NCBI GenBank assembly: GCA_043228905.1
Contig: JBHGNT010000001.1
Location: forward strand, 1,674,001 to 1,738,000
DNA: 64,000 nucleotides
Origin: Azolla caroliniana
Lineage: Eukaryota; Plantae; Polypodiophyta
Direction of reading: 5' to 3'
The notes below the pieces were generated by a model. It was not told the DNA's origin, made no database searches, and worked only from the letters and a program-made list of their open reading frames with translations. The stretch's first letter is position 1. Every line of letters starts with the position of its first letter. The position numbers and the translations under genes were made by a program. This document shows, piece by piece, positions 10,477-20,887 of this stretch.

Positions 10477-11213
10477 TGTCGTGAAGAATTTCAGCCAGAG
10501 GCGGAAACCGGGAAACATTGGCTACATCGGCGGGGTGCAGCGTGTGTACGCACCCATGTACATTTAGTGTGGATATCGAGGGCGCCTTTATGGCGCCGAA
10601 GAGTAGTCAAGTCGGGACAGACGATCCCATGTAAGTCGGGATTTATCCCACATTGTAATGCATCCCTCTCCTTGTTTTATAAAAGGAAGGGAACGCCCTT
10701 TGTGAAAGGGTTGCCCATTTTGCATTAGAGGGTATACCGTTAGGTTTAGAGTTAGTTTCTTCTTCTTCCCCTTCGTGTTCGCTTAGGGTTTGCTTCAGCT
10801 CATCTCCTACGCAAGACCCCGCTCGACGCGACGAGCCCGTGAGCTCCCCGACCGGCGGCTTGGCAGCTGACAACTATTGTAACCTACCTTGGTCCGGCTC
10901 GAAGCCATATATATGCGTTTGCGTTTGTCTGTGTATATTCGCGTCTATGTTGGTGTCGGGTGTTTCCCCCTTCCTGTGTTTTCTGTACATAAGGGCGTGA
11001 TTCAGGTCGGGCTCTATGTGTGTGTGTGTGTGTGTGCGTGTGTGTGCGTGAGTTGGTGTTAAGCTCTCTCTCTCTCTCTCCCTTTGGTTGCTTCCGGTGT
11101 GTTTCCGGGATGCCCCAGAAACAGTGAAGCACGACCTCCTACGCTCCATCACTCCCTAGTCCAAGACCCCCGTGGTCCCGCCTTTCTCCACGCACAAGCG
11201 TAACAACGCGACA
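10477..11213 (+). repeat. 5' LTR (737 bp) of the gag-only element
   Basis: Direct repeat of 14439-15256; TATAAAA at ~10678; contains short AT, TG and CT microsatellites. Confidence 0.95.
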
Positions 11214-11217
11214 TCTT

Positions 11218-11235
11218 TGGTGAACCCGACGTGAA
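11218..11235 (+). promoter_or_regulatory. Primer-binding site complementary to the 3' end of tRNA-Trp
   Basis: TGGTGAACCCGACGTGAA is the reverse complement of the plant cytosolic tRNA-Trp 3' end as recalled (...TTCACGTCGGGTTCACCA), 4 nt after the LTR. Confidence 0.88.
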
Positions 11236-11250
11236 AGGAGGCAAGGGAGG

Positions 11251-12459
11251 ATGGAGTCGGAAGACGACGACCTTGCGGAGATGGTGGCCGAAGTGGTGTT
11301 GGAGTCGGCACGAGTGGTGATGAGGCGAGAAGCAACGCAACAAGCGGTTGAGCGAGTGGTCGAAAGAGTCGGCCGTTTCAACGGGGACAAAGTCCCATCT
11401 TACTTGGAAGCCTACAACGCGGAAATGGAGGAGTGTGGCGTAGACGAGGCGTTGAGGCTGGAGTTCTTCTGTCGGGTCGTAGCTGTCCGGATGCATGCGG
11501 AAGTAAAGGAGCTCCGTGAGGCTCATGGTTCGTGGGAGGTCTTCGAAGAGGCGCTCCTGAAGGCATACGGAGGACGACGGAAGAGCCGGGGACGGCACGA
11601 CTTCGACCAGTGGGTAGCATCGGCAAAGACCCACCGGGGCGCTGCCAAGGCGTTTCGAGAGTTCGAGCGGCGGCTTGCTCGGCTCCCGGAACGGGAACAA
11701 GGTTTGGTGGGGGCGGACAAGGTCCTATTGTTCGTCAGGTCGATCGACCGAGCGGAACCGGAGGCCATCGGGATTGAGCTCGAAGACGATGATGGAGCGA
11801 ATGGGCTTATGGAGGACTAGTCGAAGGTCGAAAGGGTGTGCCAACGGCTGGACAACGAGCGAGCCGAGAAGGCTAAGAGGAAGGTACGCGACGGCGTGCC
11901 ATCACAGCGGGAAGAGGCCGAACGGCAAAAAGAGTCGGCGAGGGTCGGCGTTGGGGCCAGGATTGCGGAGGTGTACGCAACTCTCGAGGCGATGCTCGAG
12001 GAAGAGGAAAGACGGGGGCCGCAAGCCGAGACTGAGAAGACGGACTTGCCCCACGTGACGGCGGAAGATCGATACGTCGGTACCACGGGAGAGGGTGTGG
12101 AACGAAACGCCCTCTCGACTTGCGGAGAAAGAACGGCCAAGGACGAGGCCGAGATACAGATCGCGGAACCGGAACATTGGGACCAGCGGTTTCGGGCGTG
12201 TCAGCCCGAGATCCCGGTCATTGAAGAAGCAAGACCAGACGGGGCATGCGCGATCGATAAGAAGACGACCGCCGACCACGAAGAGTCGGTGGCTACGGAC
12301 AAGGGCGTAAGACGAACGAGCGATTCTTTGTGTCTTCCCACACTTGCTCTTGGGACGATGGCAGTCGGGCCCGAGTGCCCACGTGAGTCCCAAGCGGAGG
12401 AAGGCGGCGGCGATAGGCCAAGAATCACTGGCGAGACGATATGGGGAAGGAGCGGATGA
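11251..12459 (+). pseudogene. Gag-like ORF with one internal stop (TAG 11818-11820)
   Basis: ORFs 11251-11820 and 11836-12459 share a frame; RFNGDKVPSYLEAY...SWEVFEEALLKAYG resembles retrotransposon capsid/Gag; starts 15 nt after the PBS. Confidence 0.72.
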
Positions 12460-14438
12460 AAGACCACGGACCCGATTCCGGAGAACTCGGCATTCGGGCC
12501 CGTATGCCCATGTAAGACCGAGGAGATCGATGGCGGTACCGAGGACTCATGGCACGATGCCAGCAAAGACGGATGGGAAACGGCCTGCGAGGAGGCCGAG
12601 GACAGAAGCGGCACGAGGAAATCGGCATTTCGATACGGGTGGAGCGTGATCCGGTCGTGGATTTTTCGATCGGGGCCGGATTCGACATGAAAGTGTCGAA
12701 ACGGAAGAGGGTGCGGGACAAGCCGCCCTCTTTTACATGGGGAGAAAGACCGATCGGGCGAAGGTGAGAGATGGAAAGAGAATGAAAGCCAGTCCAAGGA
12801 GTTCCTTACACTGATCCAGCTGTCGGCCCGAGTGCCGGCGTGAGTCCTATACGAGAGAGCGGTGGCGACAGGAGAACGGGACTCGGCATGCCGAAAAGGA
12901 CGACCCGGGACAGGGTCGGGAAGACAAATCGGAGGCCTACGGATGATCCTTCACACCGGTTCTAGAGACTTCGGCAGTCGGCGACGCGGTCGACGTAAGA
13001 CCAAGATACTGACGGTGGCGGCGAGGTGATGAAGGCAAGGGCGGAAGGAAGTCTGGTCCTACGGGATCCCCATACTTAACCAGAGACTCCGGCCGTTCGG
13101 CCAACGTGGCAACGTAAGACCGGGGGAGAAGGAAGGTGGCGGCGAGAAACGGGACCCGACTACGCGAAAGACACGAGGAGAGTCCGTGAGGGACTCAAAC
13201 AAAAGACACCCGAATTATGGCAGGCATAGAAACGGAGTCCGGTCCTATGGGACCCTCACACCGATCCGGAGACCTCGGCTGATCGGCCAACGCGGCAACG
13301 TAAGACCGATGGAGAAGGACGGTGGCGGCAAGGAACGGGACCCGACAACACGAGGTTTCGGAAGGAGCCGGTAGGGGCAAACACGGGGAGGTGTGTCAGG
13401 CCGGAAAGGTACACCTGGGACAGAACAAGGGTCTCGCAAGTGGCCATCGCGGGCCGGATTGAAGCGTGACTATGGGACGGTGTACGGCGCGGGCGGGGCC
13501 GAACAAAGGAAGCGGAAGGCGGCACAAGGGAGGTGCCGAGAACGAGGTGACAAGTGCCTAGTGGACTGCACAGGGTCAGAGTCAGGGGATGGCAAGAGAG
13601 GCCGGAGGAGGATCCTCCACACTCGCTTCGTAGATCTCGGGAGCTCCGTCGAAGTTGCGAAGACTGACACGGCAAGCCCGGGGTGACAAGTTAGTGGGGG
13701 CGAGGGGAGGACGGCAAATGGGAGACTCAGAACCTGTTGCAGCAGCACGAAGACGGGAAGGGCCAAGCGGGCTACTACGAGTGTTCCTCGGATGCAAAGG
13801 ACACCGGTATGCGGGTGAGCGGCGATGCACGATTTGGTCGGAAAGGGGGCCGACAAGGAGTGCAACACAGGCAGTGCCAATCAACGGATGAGGGTATGTG
13901 GCACACGGAGGTGCCAGAGCAGAAAGGCGAGCGCGGAGATAGGTTGCGCGGTTCGGAAGTAGCGCGGAGAAGGCCGGAAAGGGGATCCTCCACACCGTTC
14001 TGGAGACCATGGCGGTTCGAGCCGACGCAGTGATGTAAGACCATGGAGAAGGAAGGTGGCGGCGAGAGGACGAGGGCAACACGAAACGACAAGGGACGAC
14101 AATCAGGGCGACACGAATGATCAATGGAGGCCAAGCGGGCCACTACAGGCATGCCTCAAGCGGAGGAAATCGGGCATACAACGGGAGCGGGGCGTTCATA
14201 CGGCCTAACAAGGGCCAACGGAAGGACGCGTACTACAGAGATCGTGGCAGAGGACCCATCGACGGGTCGAACGAGCCTACGGGGAGGTAAGCGCGAAGGA
14301 AGAATCGAAGCCGACGGATCAAACCAGCAGCGAGCCGAGATGCGGATCACGGGAGACCAGTTTCTCACCGGCCGAAATCTCTCACCCTTCAACTAGATTT
14401 GGCACGTACCGGTGGACATGCGGTTAGGTGGGGGCGGA

Positions 14439-15018
14439 TGTCGTGAAGAATTTCGGCCAGAGGTGGAAACCGGGAAACATTGGCTACATCGGCGGGGTGC
14501 AGCGTGTGTACGCACCCATGTACATTTAGTGTGGATATCGAGGGCGCCTTTATGGCGCCGAAGAGTAGTCAAGTCGGGACAGACGATCCCATGTAAGTCG
14601 GGATTTATCCCACATTGTAACGCATCCCTCTCCTTGTTTTATAAAAGGAAGGGAACGCCCTTTGTGAAAGGGTTGCCCATTTTGCATTAGAGGGTATACC
14701 GTTAGGTTTAGAGTTAGTTTCTTCTTCTTCCCCTTCGTGTTCGCTTAGGGTGTTTGCTTCAGCTCATCTCCTGCGCAAGACCCCGCTCGACGCGACGAGC
14801 CCGTGAGCTCCCCGACCGGCGGCTTGGCAGCTGACGACTACTGTAACCTACCTTGGTCCAGCTCGAAGCCGGAAATGTATTCTTCTTTTATATATATATA
14901 TATATGCGTTTGCGTCTGTCTGTGTATATTCGCGTCGATGTTGGTGTCGGGTGTTTCCCCCTTCCTGCGTTTTCTGTACATAAGGGCGTGATTCGGGTCG
15001 GGTTGTGTGTGTGCGCGC

Positions 15019-15065
<47 letters not shown>

Positions 15066-15074
15066 AGTCGGTGT

Positions 15075-15126
<52 letters not shown>

Positions 15127-15256
15127 TCGGTTGCTTCCGGTGTGTTTCCAGGATGCCCCAGAAACAGTGAAGCACGACCTCCTACGCTCCATCACTCCCT
15201 AGTCCAAGACCCTCGTGGTCTCGCCTTTCTCCACGCACGCGTGTAACAACGCGACA
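14439..15256 (+). repeat. 3' LTR (818 bp) of the gag-only element
   Basis: Direct repeat of 10477-11213 with longer (TA)8, (GT)20 and (CT)22 tracts. Confidence 0.95.
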
Positions 15257-17542
15257 ACGCTCAACCAAGATTGCTTTTTCCACCCCTTGTTTTGGAAGGA
15301 CCCTGCATGAGGGCTTTTGCTACTCGACATGTTAGTTGATGTGGGTATATTAAGGGTTATATTTGACTGTAGGACTTCTTTGCAGTCTTTGGGCAGCTTT
15401 CCATTAAAAATTAAATAAATACAAAGGTGAATCTTTATTTAAAAAATAAATAAAAGTAAAGTAAAATAAAAATTCAAGGGTCACCTCAAGTGACTAATGT
15501 TTGCTCATATCTCTTGAGTCTTTCCTCTACCTATTCTTTATTTATAAAACTAGCTCATCACATTAACTTTCACATTCTCATCTTATGTTGAAGTAGAGGT
15601 GTTCAAGGCTAGTATTTAGAGTGCAAAAGAAGTGATTGAAGAGGGAGTTCTAGTTAATAAAAAGCATGGAATGTTTGAAAGAGTTTGATAAGGCAATCTC
15701 AATCAAACCACACAATTTATAGTTAATATAGAGTGCTTTAGAGGTATTAAAATGGTTTTGATATAACTCAATATTGAAGTACTTATTTTTCCTCGCATTT
15801 ATTTTGTAGCTCGAGTAGCAAAGGTTTTCACATCAAGAAGCTTTCACATTGTCTTATACACTTAACATTCAATCACACATATCACAATGTTGAGGAAATC
15901 CTCAATACTCTCAAGCAATCAAACATGAGTAATGTTTATCAATAGAGAAACACCTTTGAGGAATTGCTTGTATTTGCAAACAAATGAACTCAATCTAGCT
16001 CATTTTTAGGGAAGATGGAGATCATGTAATATGGATGTATATTGTTCCTGTCATTTTGGGAAACAATGTCTGCTAACTTTGTTTGTGGACTCTGTTGCTA
16101 CAAATGTTGGTGGTATAGGTTACATTGCATGCTTAGTTGCAAGTTGGGAGGAATAGACCATAAAAATCTAGGAGATATGGTGCACACAAATCAAATCAGC
16201 TATGATGAGAGCACAATGGAGTCGGTTGGTATACTCCTTTATCTAACACAACTTTTGTATTTCTTATGATTTTATAATACCATGGCGTATCTCTTTAGAG
16301 GGGGGGGGGGAACATGTCTATTTATATTAGTGGTTAAGTGTGTGTAAAATTAGGTTTAACCAACATAGTATCAATGTAATTCTCTTTAAATTAGTCTATA
16401 ATTCAATCATATAATATATGTTTAAAGGCCCTTGACAAGTCCTATAAAGTTAGTTTGATCATGAATTTTATTTTGAACAAAGTCGATATGCATTGGAGGT
16501 GCATGTGGAGTATCGACTCTTCAAGGAGAACCCACACATATATATATTGATTCCATGTTGGCTAAAACTAAAGTTACTGTAAAGGTTTGGCATAAAACTT
16601 TACAACCCATTGATTCTATAAGCGCTATGTAATCTAAAATTCCTAAACTTGTTTTATACTAGAAACTTTGAATTTTAACTATCTCACTGCATCTCGATAT
16701 TGGTGTGTTTATGGTGAAAAAAGTGGTTTGAGGGAATCGTAAAACTATGCAATTTCCACTACATATAGAATACTTTAAAAGTGTTTAACGACACAATATT
16801 AGAACAACACAAATTCCGTTTAATATAGAATGCTTTAATGACATTTTCATATATCTTGTCTCAAGAATATTGTCTTCTTGCATTTATGGCACAATATTTG
16901 TTGCTTTCTAGTTTGAGCTTTGAAGCTGGAGCATGAACAATCATGATATTCTCTTACACACAAACTTAGAAGCATGCTCATGAGTCCTAACAATATTGGC
17001 AAAAATATTCAATATCTTCCAAAAAAGCAAAATTGATAGACAATAACATGGTTGTGAAGATCAAGTTGTACTTGTAACTTGCCAAAAGAAAAAGGAATTT
17101 AGGTCGACTTAGCTCACAAGCAAATTTCATGATTGAACTAAAGGTATAAGTTCTCTCGGGGCCTCAAAAATAAACAAAATATTATGTGAAAGATCAAAAT
17201 GTGATTGGATAGACTGAAGTAGGACTACACGGATAGGATATGTAGCATAAACAAATTGATTTTAAAGGTCTTGAATAAAACATTAGCAAACCTAGATTCT
17301 AGCTTTACATGTTTTTTGTTGAAATAAAAAGCTTTGGCCATTTAGGCAAAATTTTAGAATTCTCGCTCTATATCTACATAAACAACATAGCACTGGCGGC
17401 AATCTATATAAACAGTGTAACACTTATAGGATAAAGGAGTGTAACTTCATGATCAGAACTTAGGAGAATATTTTGATGCTCTCTAGTCCTCTGTTACGTA
17501 TCAGGGTCACTAGTTGTGCTAAGGAGTCTAAACTTTGAAGCC

Positions 17543-18073
17543 ATGGAAGAGATTGGCATTGACAACCCACGAGAGTTTGTTGTGAGGACTGATGGTATGG
17601 CATTGCAGAAGGAGGAGGGGTCAGTGGTGGGCGAGTTGGTGGGGAAGCATATCATCTACACATACGAGAATGGGTGGGAGTATGAGGTGTACTACAAGAA
17701 CAAGAGCACCATCGACTATAGGGTGCTCCGTGGGATGGTGGCTGGCCGCTACGTCAAAGGACAGCGCGTTCACATTCGGCGCTTATCGGGGGCATCATGT
17801 CCAATGTTCATGGTTAGCTGGACGGAGCCCACGGGAACTTGTGTCGTCCAAGTGGTGGACTTGCATAGGCGGTCCATGGACACTACGGCTTTCTTCCCAC
17901 ATTGGGTGGCCAAAGAACCCTCGAAAACAACATGTTTCCAAAACCACCACCTCCCCATCATCATTACATATCGTGATATTGGGCCAACCTACCCCATCTG
18001 CGTGGTCAATGAGACTGGGTTCATACACACCCTCCTAGATAGTGGCCCCAACAATGAGCTCCTCATTTCTTAA
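17543..18073 (+). CDS. padC: Phenolic acid decarboxylase (bacterial PadC-like), intronless, 176 aa
   Basis: GKHIIYTYENGWEYEVYYKN..TIDYR...GMVAGR...VSWTEPTGT...FFPHWV...CFQNHH...TYP matches the Bacillus PadC motif series; catalytic YxY, Arg and Glu present; TATA-like CTATATAAA at ~17404. Confidence 0.95.
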   Translation: MEEIGIDNPREFVVRTDGMALQKEEGSVVGELVGKHIIYTYENGWEYEVYYKNKSTIDYRVLRGMVAGRYVKGQRVHIRRLSGASCPMFMVSWTEPTGTCVVQVVDLHRRSMDTTAFFPHWVAKEPSKTTCFQNHHLPIIITYRDIGPTYPICVVNETGFIHTLLDSGPNNELLIS

Positions 18074-18255
18074 TGCTACAAGTAAAAAGCATCACCAATC
18101 CATAAACCTAAAAGCAAAATTTGTCCCAATATGTGCTTATAATCTCTCTATCTTTGTGGCACATGTGTTGTGTTGATTGATATGTATGTTGAATATGAAA
18201 AGTATCTACAATGTCTACTAATAATTGGTGAGCTTGTATTATGAATTTATTTACT

Positions 18256-19313
18256 TTCTTTCCAACTATTTTGTATTTTGTCGTTGATATGCCTTTTTTA
18301 AAACTAATGGAAGGATATGTTGTTTAGAAAAAAAAAATTATTTACTTTCATTGGTTGCTCGCATAATTGTACTTCCATTAATAAACTTGGATAGCTTGAA
18401 TTGGTATCACATAGACAACAAGGAATGATCTAGTTTTCTTCTATGACATTCATGGTCACATACATCTATAAAAAAATTATAACATGTTTCTAGTAAGCAT
18501 CAACAATTTTGGACATGAAAGTTAATGAGAAAATCAAGAGCTCAGTCAATGCATGATGATGCAAAAGCATATATGGTGAAGTTTTGTGTGCAAAATAGTT
18601 GCTTGATTGGTGATGCTCAACTTTGGATTAATATTTATGTTGTTGGTTCAAACCTAGAAAGTTTAAATCTCAAAAGTGATGTTTTCAAAGCATAAACTTG
18701 AATGTCTGAAACCCTTGAAGGCCAACTTTGTTAGGGGTTGGTATTCATAACTTAATGTTATGGTTTTCAAAGCATAAACGTGAATGTATGAAACCATTGA
18801 AGGCCAACTTTGCCCAAAGGCAATCATTCATGATGTTGTAATGTAGAAGCTAGATCTTATCTTCGAGTCGACATGAAATTTGGGAAGATAGTTTGTTGAT
18901 TGCCTACCCGGTTCTTGTGCCATCACTAGACAAGGGCAAGCTTTAGAAGATGGCAATTGATCTGATGAATCGTCAAACTCTTTAGAAAAAGATGATTAAT
19001 CTAATTTCAATGGATCATCCAAATCTAGAGAAAATGATGATTGTCCAAATTTAAATGAATCGTCAAGATATTTTAGAAACAAACAATAGTCAAATTTCGA
19101 TGAATTGTCAAAATCGTTAGAATTTTTATTTATTTATTAGAAGTCGACAATTATTGAATAAGTCCCAATCACTTCAAAATCAACATGCACTCAAAATACA
19201 AGGATTGCTTAAAAAATAATGACCCTTTTTTTTTATTTTCAAAAGAACACATCCTTCCATTAGTTTTAAAAAGCATGTCAGCTACAAAAATACCAAATAT
19301 ATGGAACGGAAAC
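18256..19313. mobile_element. Putative non-autonomous DNA transposon (foldback/MITE-like) with degenerate ~80-bp terminal inverted repeats
   Basis: TTTTAAAACTAATGGAAGGAT (~18296-18317) is the reverse complement of ATCCTTCCATTAGTTTTAAAA (~19251-19271), and similarity extends on both sides; internal direct repeats at 18687-18812 and 18960-19120; TSD not resolved and ends approximate. Confidence 0.6.
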
Positions 19314-19382
19314 GACTATCCTTACCAAGCCCGTCTTATGTAAGACAATGGCTAGTCATGAATCCTTTGTTTGATGGATTTG

Positions 19383-20040
19383 ATTGAGCACTTCCTCAAA
19401 ATTTCCATTCTCAGCATATCCTATAATCAGTGCATTCCAAGAGACATGTTCTTGGATTGAAAGCTTGTTAAATACTACTTGTGCCTCGGTAAGTTACCCA
19501 CATTTAGCATACATATCTACCAATGTATTGCCAATGAAATAATCTCTTTCAACTGCTTTTTGTACAATTTCATTGCATGCTAACGTAGCTCTAATGCTAC
19601 CACATGCTTTCGAGTAGCAAACAAGTGTGACAATATTTGGAGGGATGCCCAGTCTTTGCATTTGCTCAAAGAGGGAGAGATATCCATGTTCCACATATCC
19701 TGCAGTCAATATATATCCATGAAATTGCATCTTTCATAGGAAGTTCATCGAAATTTTCCTATGCTGTTGAGAGAAAACCACGTTTGGCATACATATCATT
19801 GACTTGGTATTGGCAATGAAGGTCTCATTATGTAACCCTTTCTTCACAATATCGTCATATATTACACTACCTCGATTGATGTCTCTGGTATCACCACAAT
19901 TTTTCAAGTGAGAAACAAGTACAAATGTATTTAGCGAGATATTATGTGTTTGCATCTCCTTCATGAGGTTTAGAGCTTCGTCGCCATGCTCATGTTTTGC
20001 ATAACCAGTGATTCATGCAGTCCATAGGATGACATCTCTT
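19383..20040 (-). pseudogene. PLS-class PPR pseudogene fragment
   Basis: Fragments TFVLVSHLKNCG, AGYVEHG, PPNIVTLVCYSKACG, IGNTLVDMYAKCG and VSWNALIIGYAENG separated by frameshifts and stops. Confidence 0.85.
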
Positions 20041-20887
20041 GACTCTCATGTTGTCACATGGGGGTATTATAGGTATACGGTATATGCATGTATTCACTGG
20101 TATTAGCTACACATGGGGGGTAATATAGGGGCATGTGTCATATAAAACTTAGGAGTACTCCAATTAAGACAATGACTTATGGTCCTACTCAAATGAGTTA
20201 CAAGAGGGGGTTAATCTAGGGGAATGTGTCATAGCCAACTTATAGCTCCAACTTCAAAGGGTCGAGTATTGTTGATTAAAGTTCTTTAGACATAATATCT
20301 AAAACTAGGGATGTGGGGTCCAAGAAGGGCGGAGCCACCAAGGGAGGACAACAGCCGACCCATTGCTAGACACAATACTAAAGGTTCCAAGACAAGGTCA
20401 TTAGGAGTAGGAAAACACACAAATGGGCACTTTAGTGGCAATCATGCAAGTAATAGAATCTCACCAATCTCGACAAAGTGCAAATTGTTCGGACAATGCT
20501 CCCACAAATGCATGTGTATCTAGAAAACTTAAGGATCTTTAGTTGGACCATAACACACTAGTCTATGGTAAACCTAAGATCGTCTTCCGACTAATGGAAT
20601 TACTCTAGCCTTCACTAGTCAATAATCACTTAGGTATGTATAATAACTAGGGACGATATGCTTCTTGATATTGGGGGCGATGTGGCATGCCACAAAACGT
20701 GTATGTAGAATGCTTTTCGGTAAATTTAAATTTTGGACGGGAAAAGGTCACGTGTGTGCGGCCATGGGACTCATACCAGTAACCAAACCAATGAGTGCAA
20801 AAGAACAAACATTTAGCCTGTTGTTGGGATCTCGACGATGACATGTTAGTTAGTCTTAAGAAGAAGCAGACGAAGAAGAACTAGAAT

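Larger units (their letters stand above)
10477..15256 (+). mobile_element. Non-autonomous gag-only LTR retrotransposon (Gypsy-like features), tRNA-Trp primed
   Basis: LTRs 10477-11213 and 14439-15256 (TGTCG...CGACA); 4-bp TSD ACGC at 10473-10476 and 15257-15260; PBS TGGTGAACCCGACGTGAA at 11218-11235; PPT-like AGGTGGGGGCGGA at 14426-14438; no recognisable PR/RT/RH/INT motifs inside. Confidence 0.92.

Noticed and set aside
12549-14396. Multiple GC-rich ORFs as possible env-like or accessory genes
   Set aside because: Short, overlapping in all frames, with no transmembrane or enzymatic motifs; explained by a degenerate GC-rich repeat array
17516-18073. PAD as bacterial contamination
   Set aside because: Flanked by AT-rich plant-like intergenic DNA and a TATA-like box, with no operon neighbours such as padR; read-level confirmation is still needed
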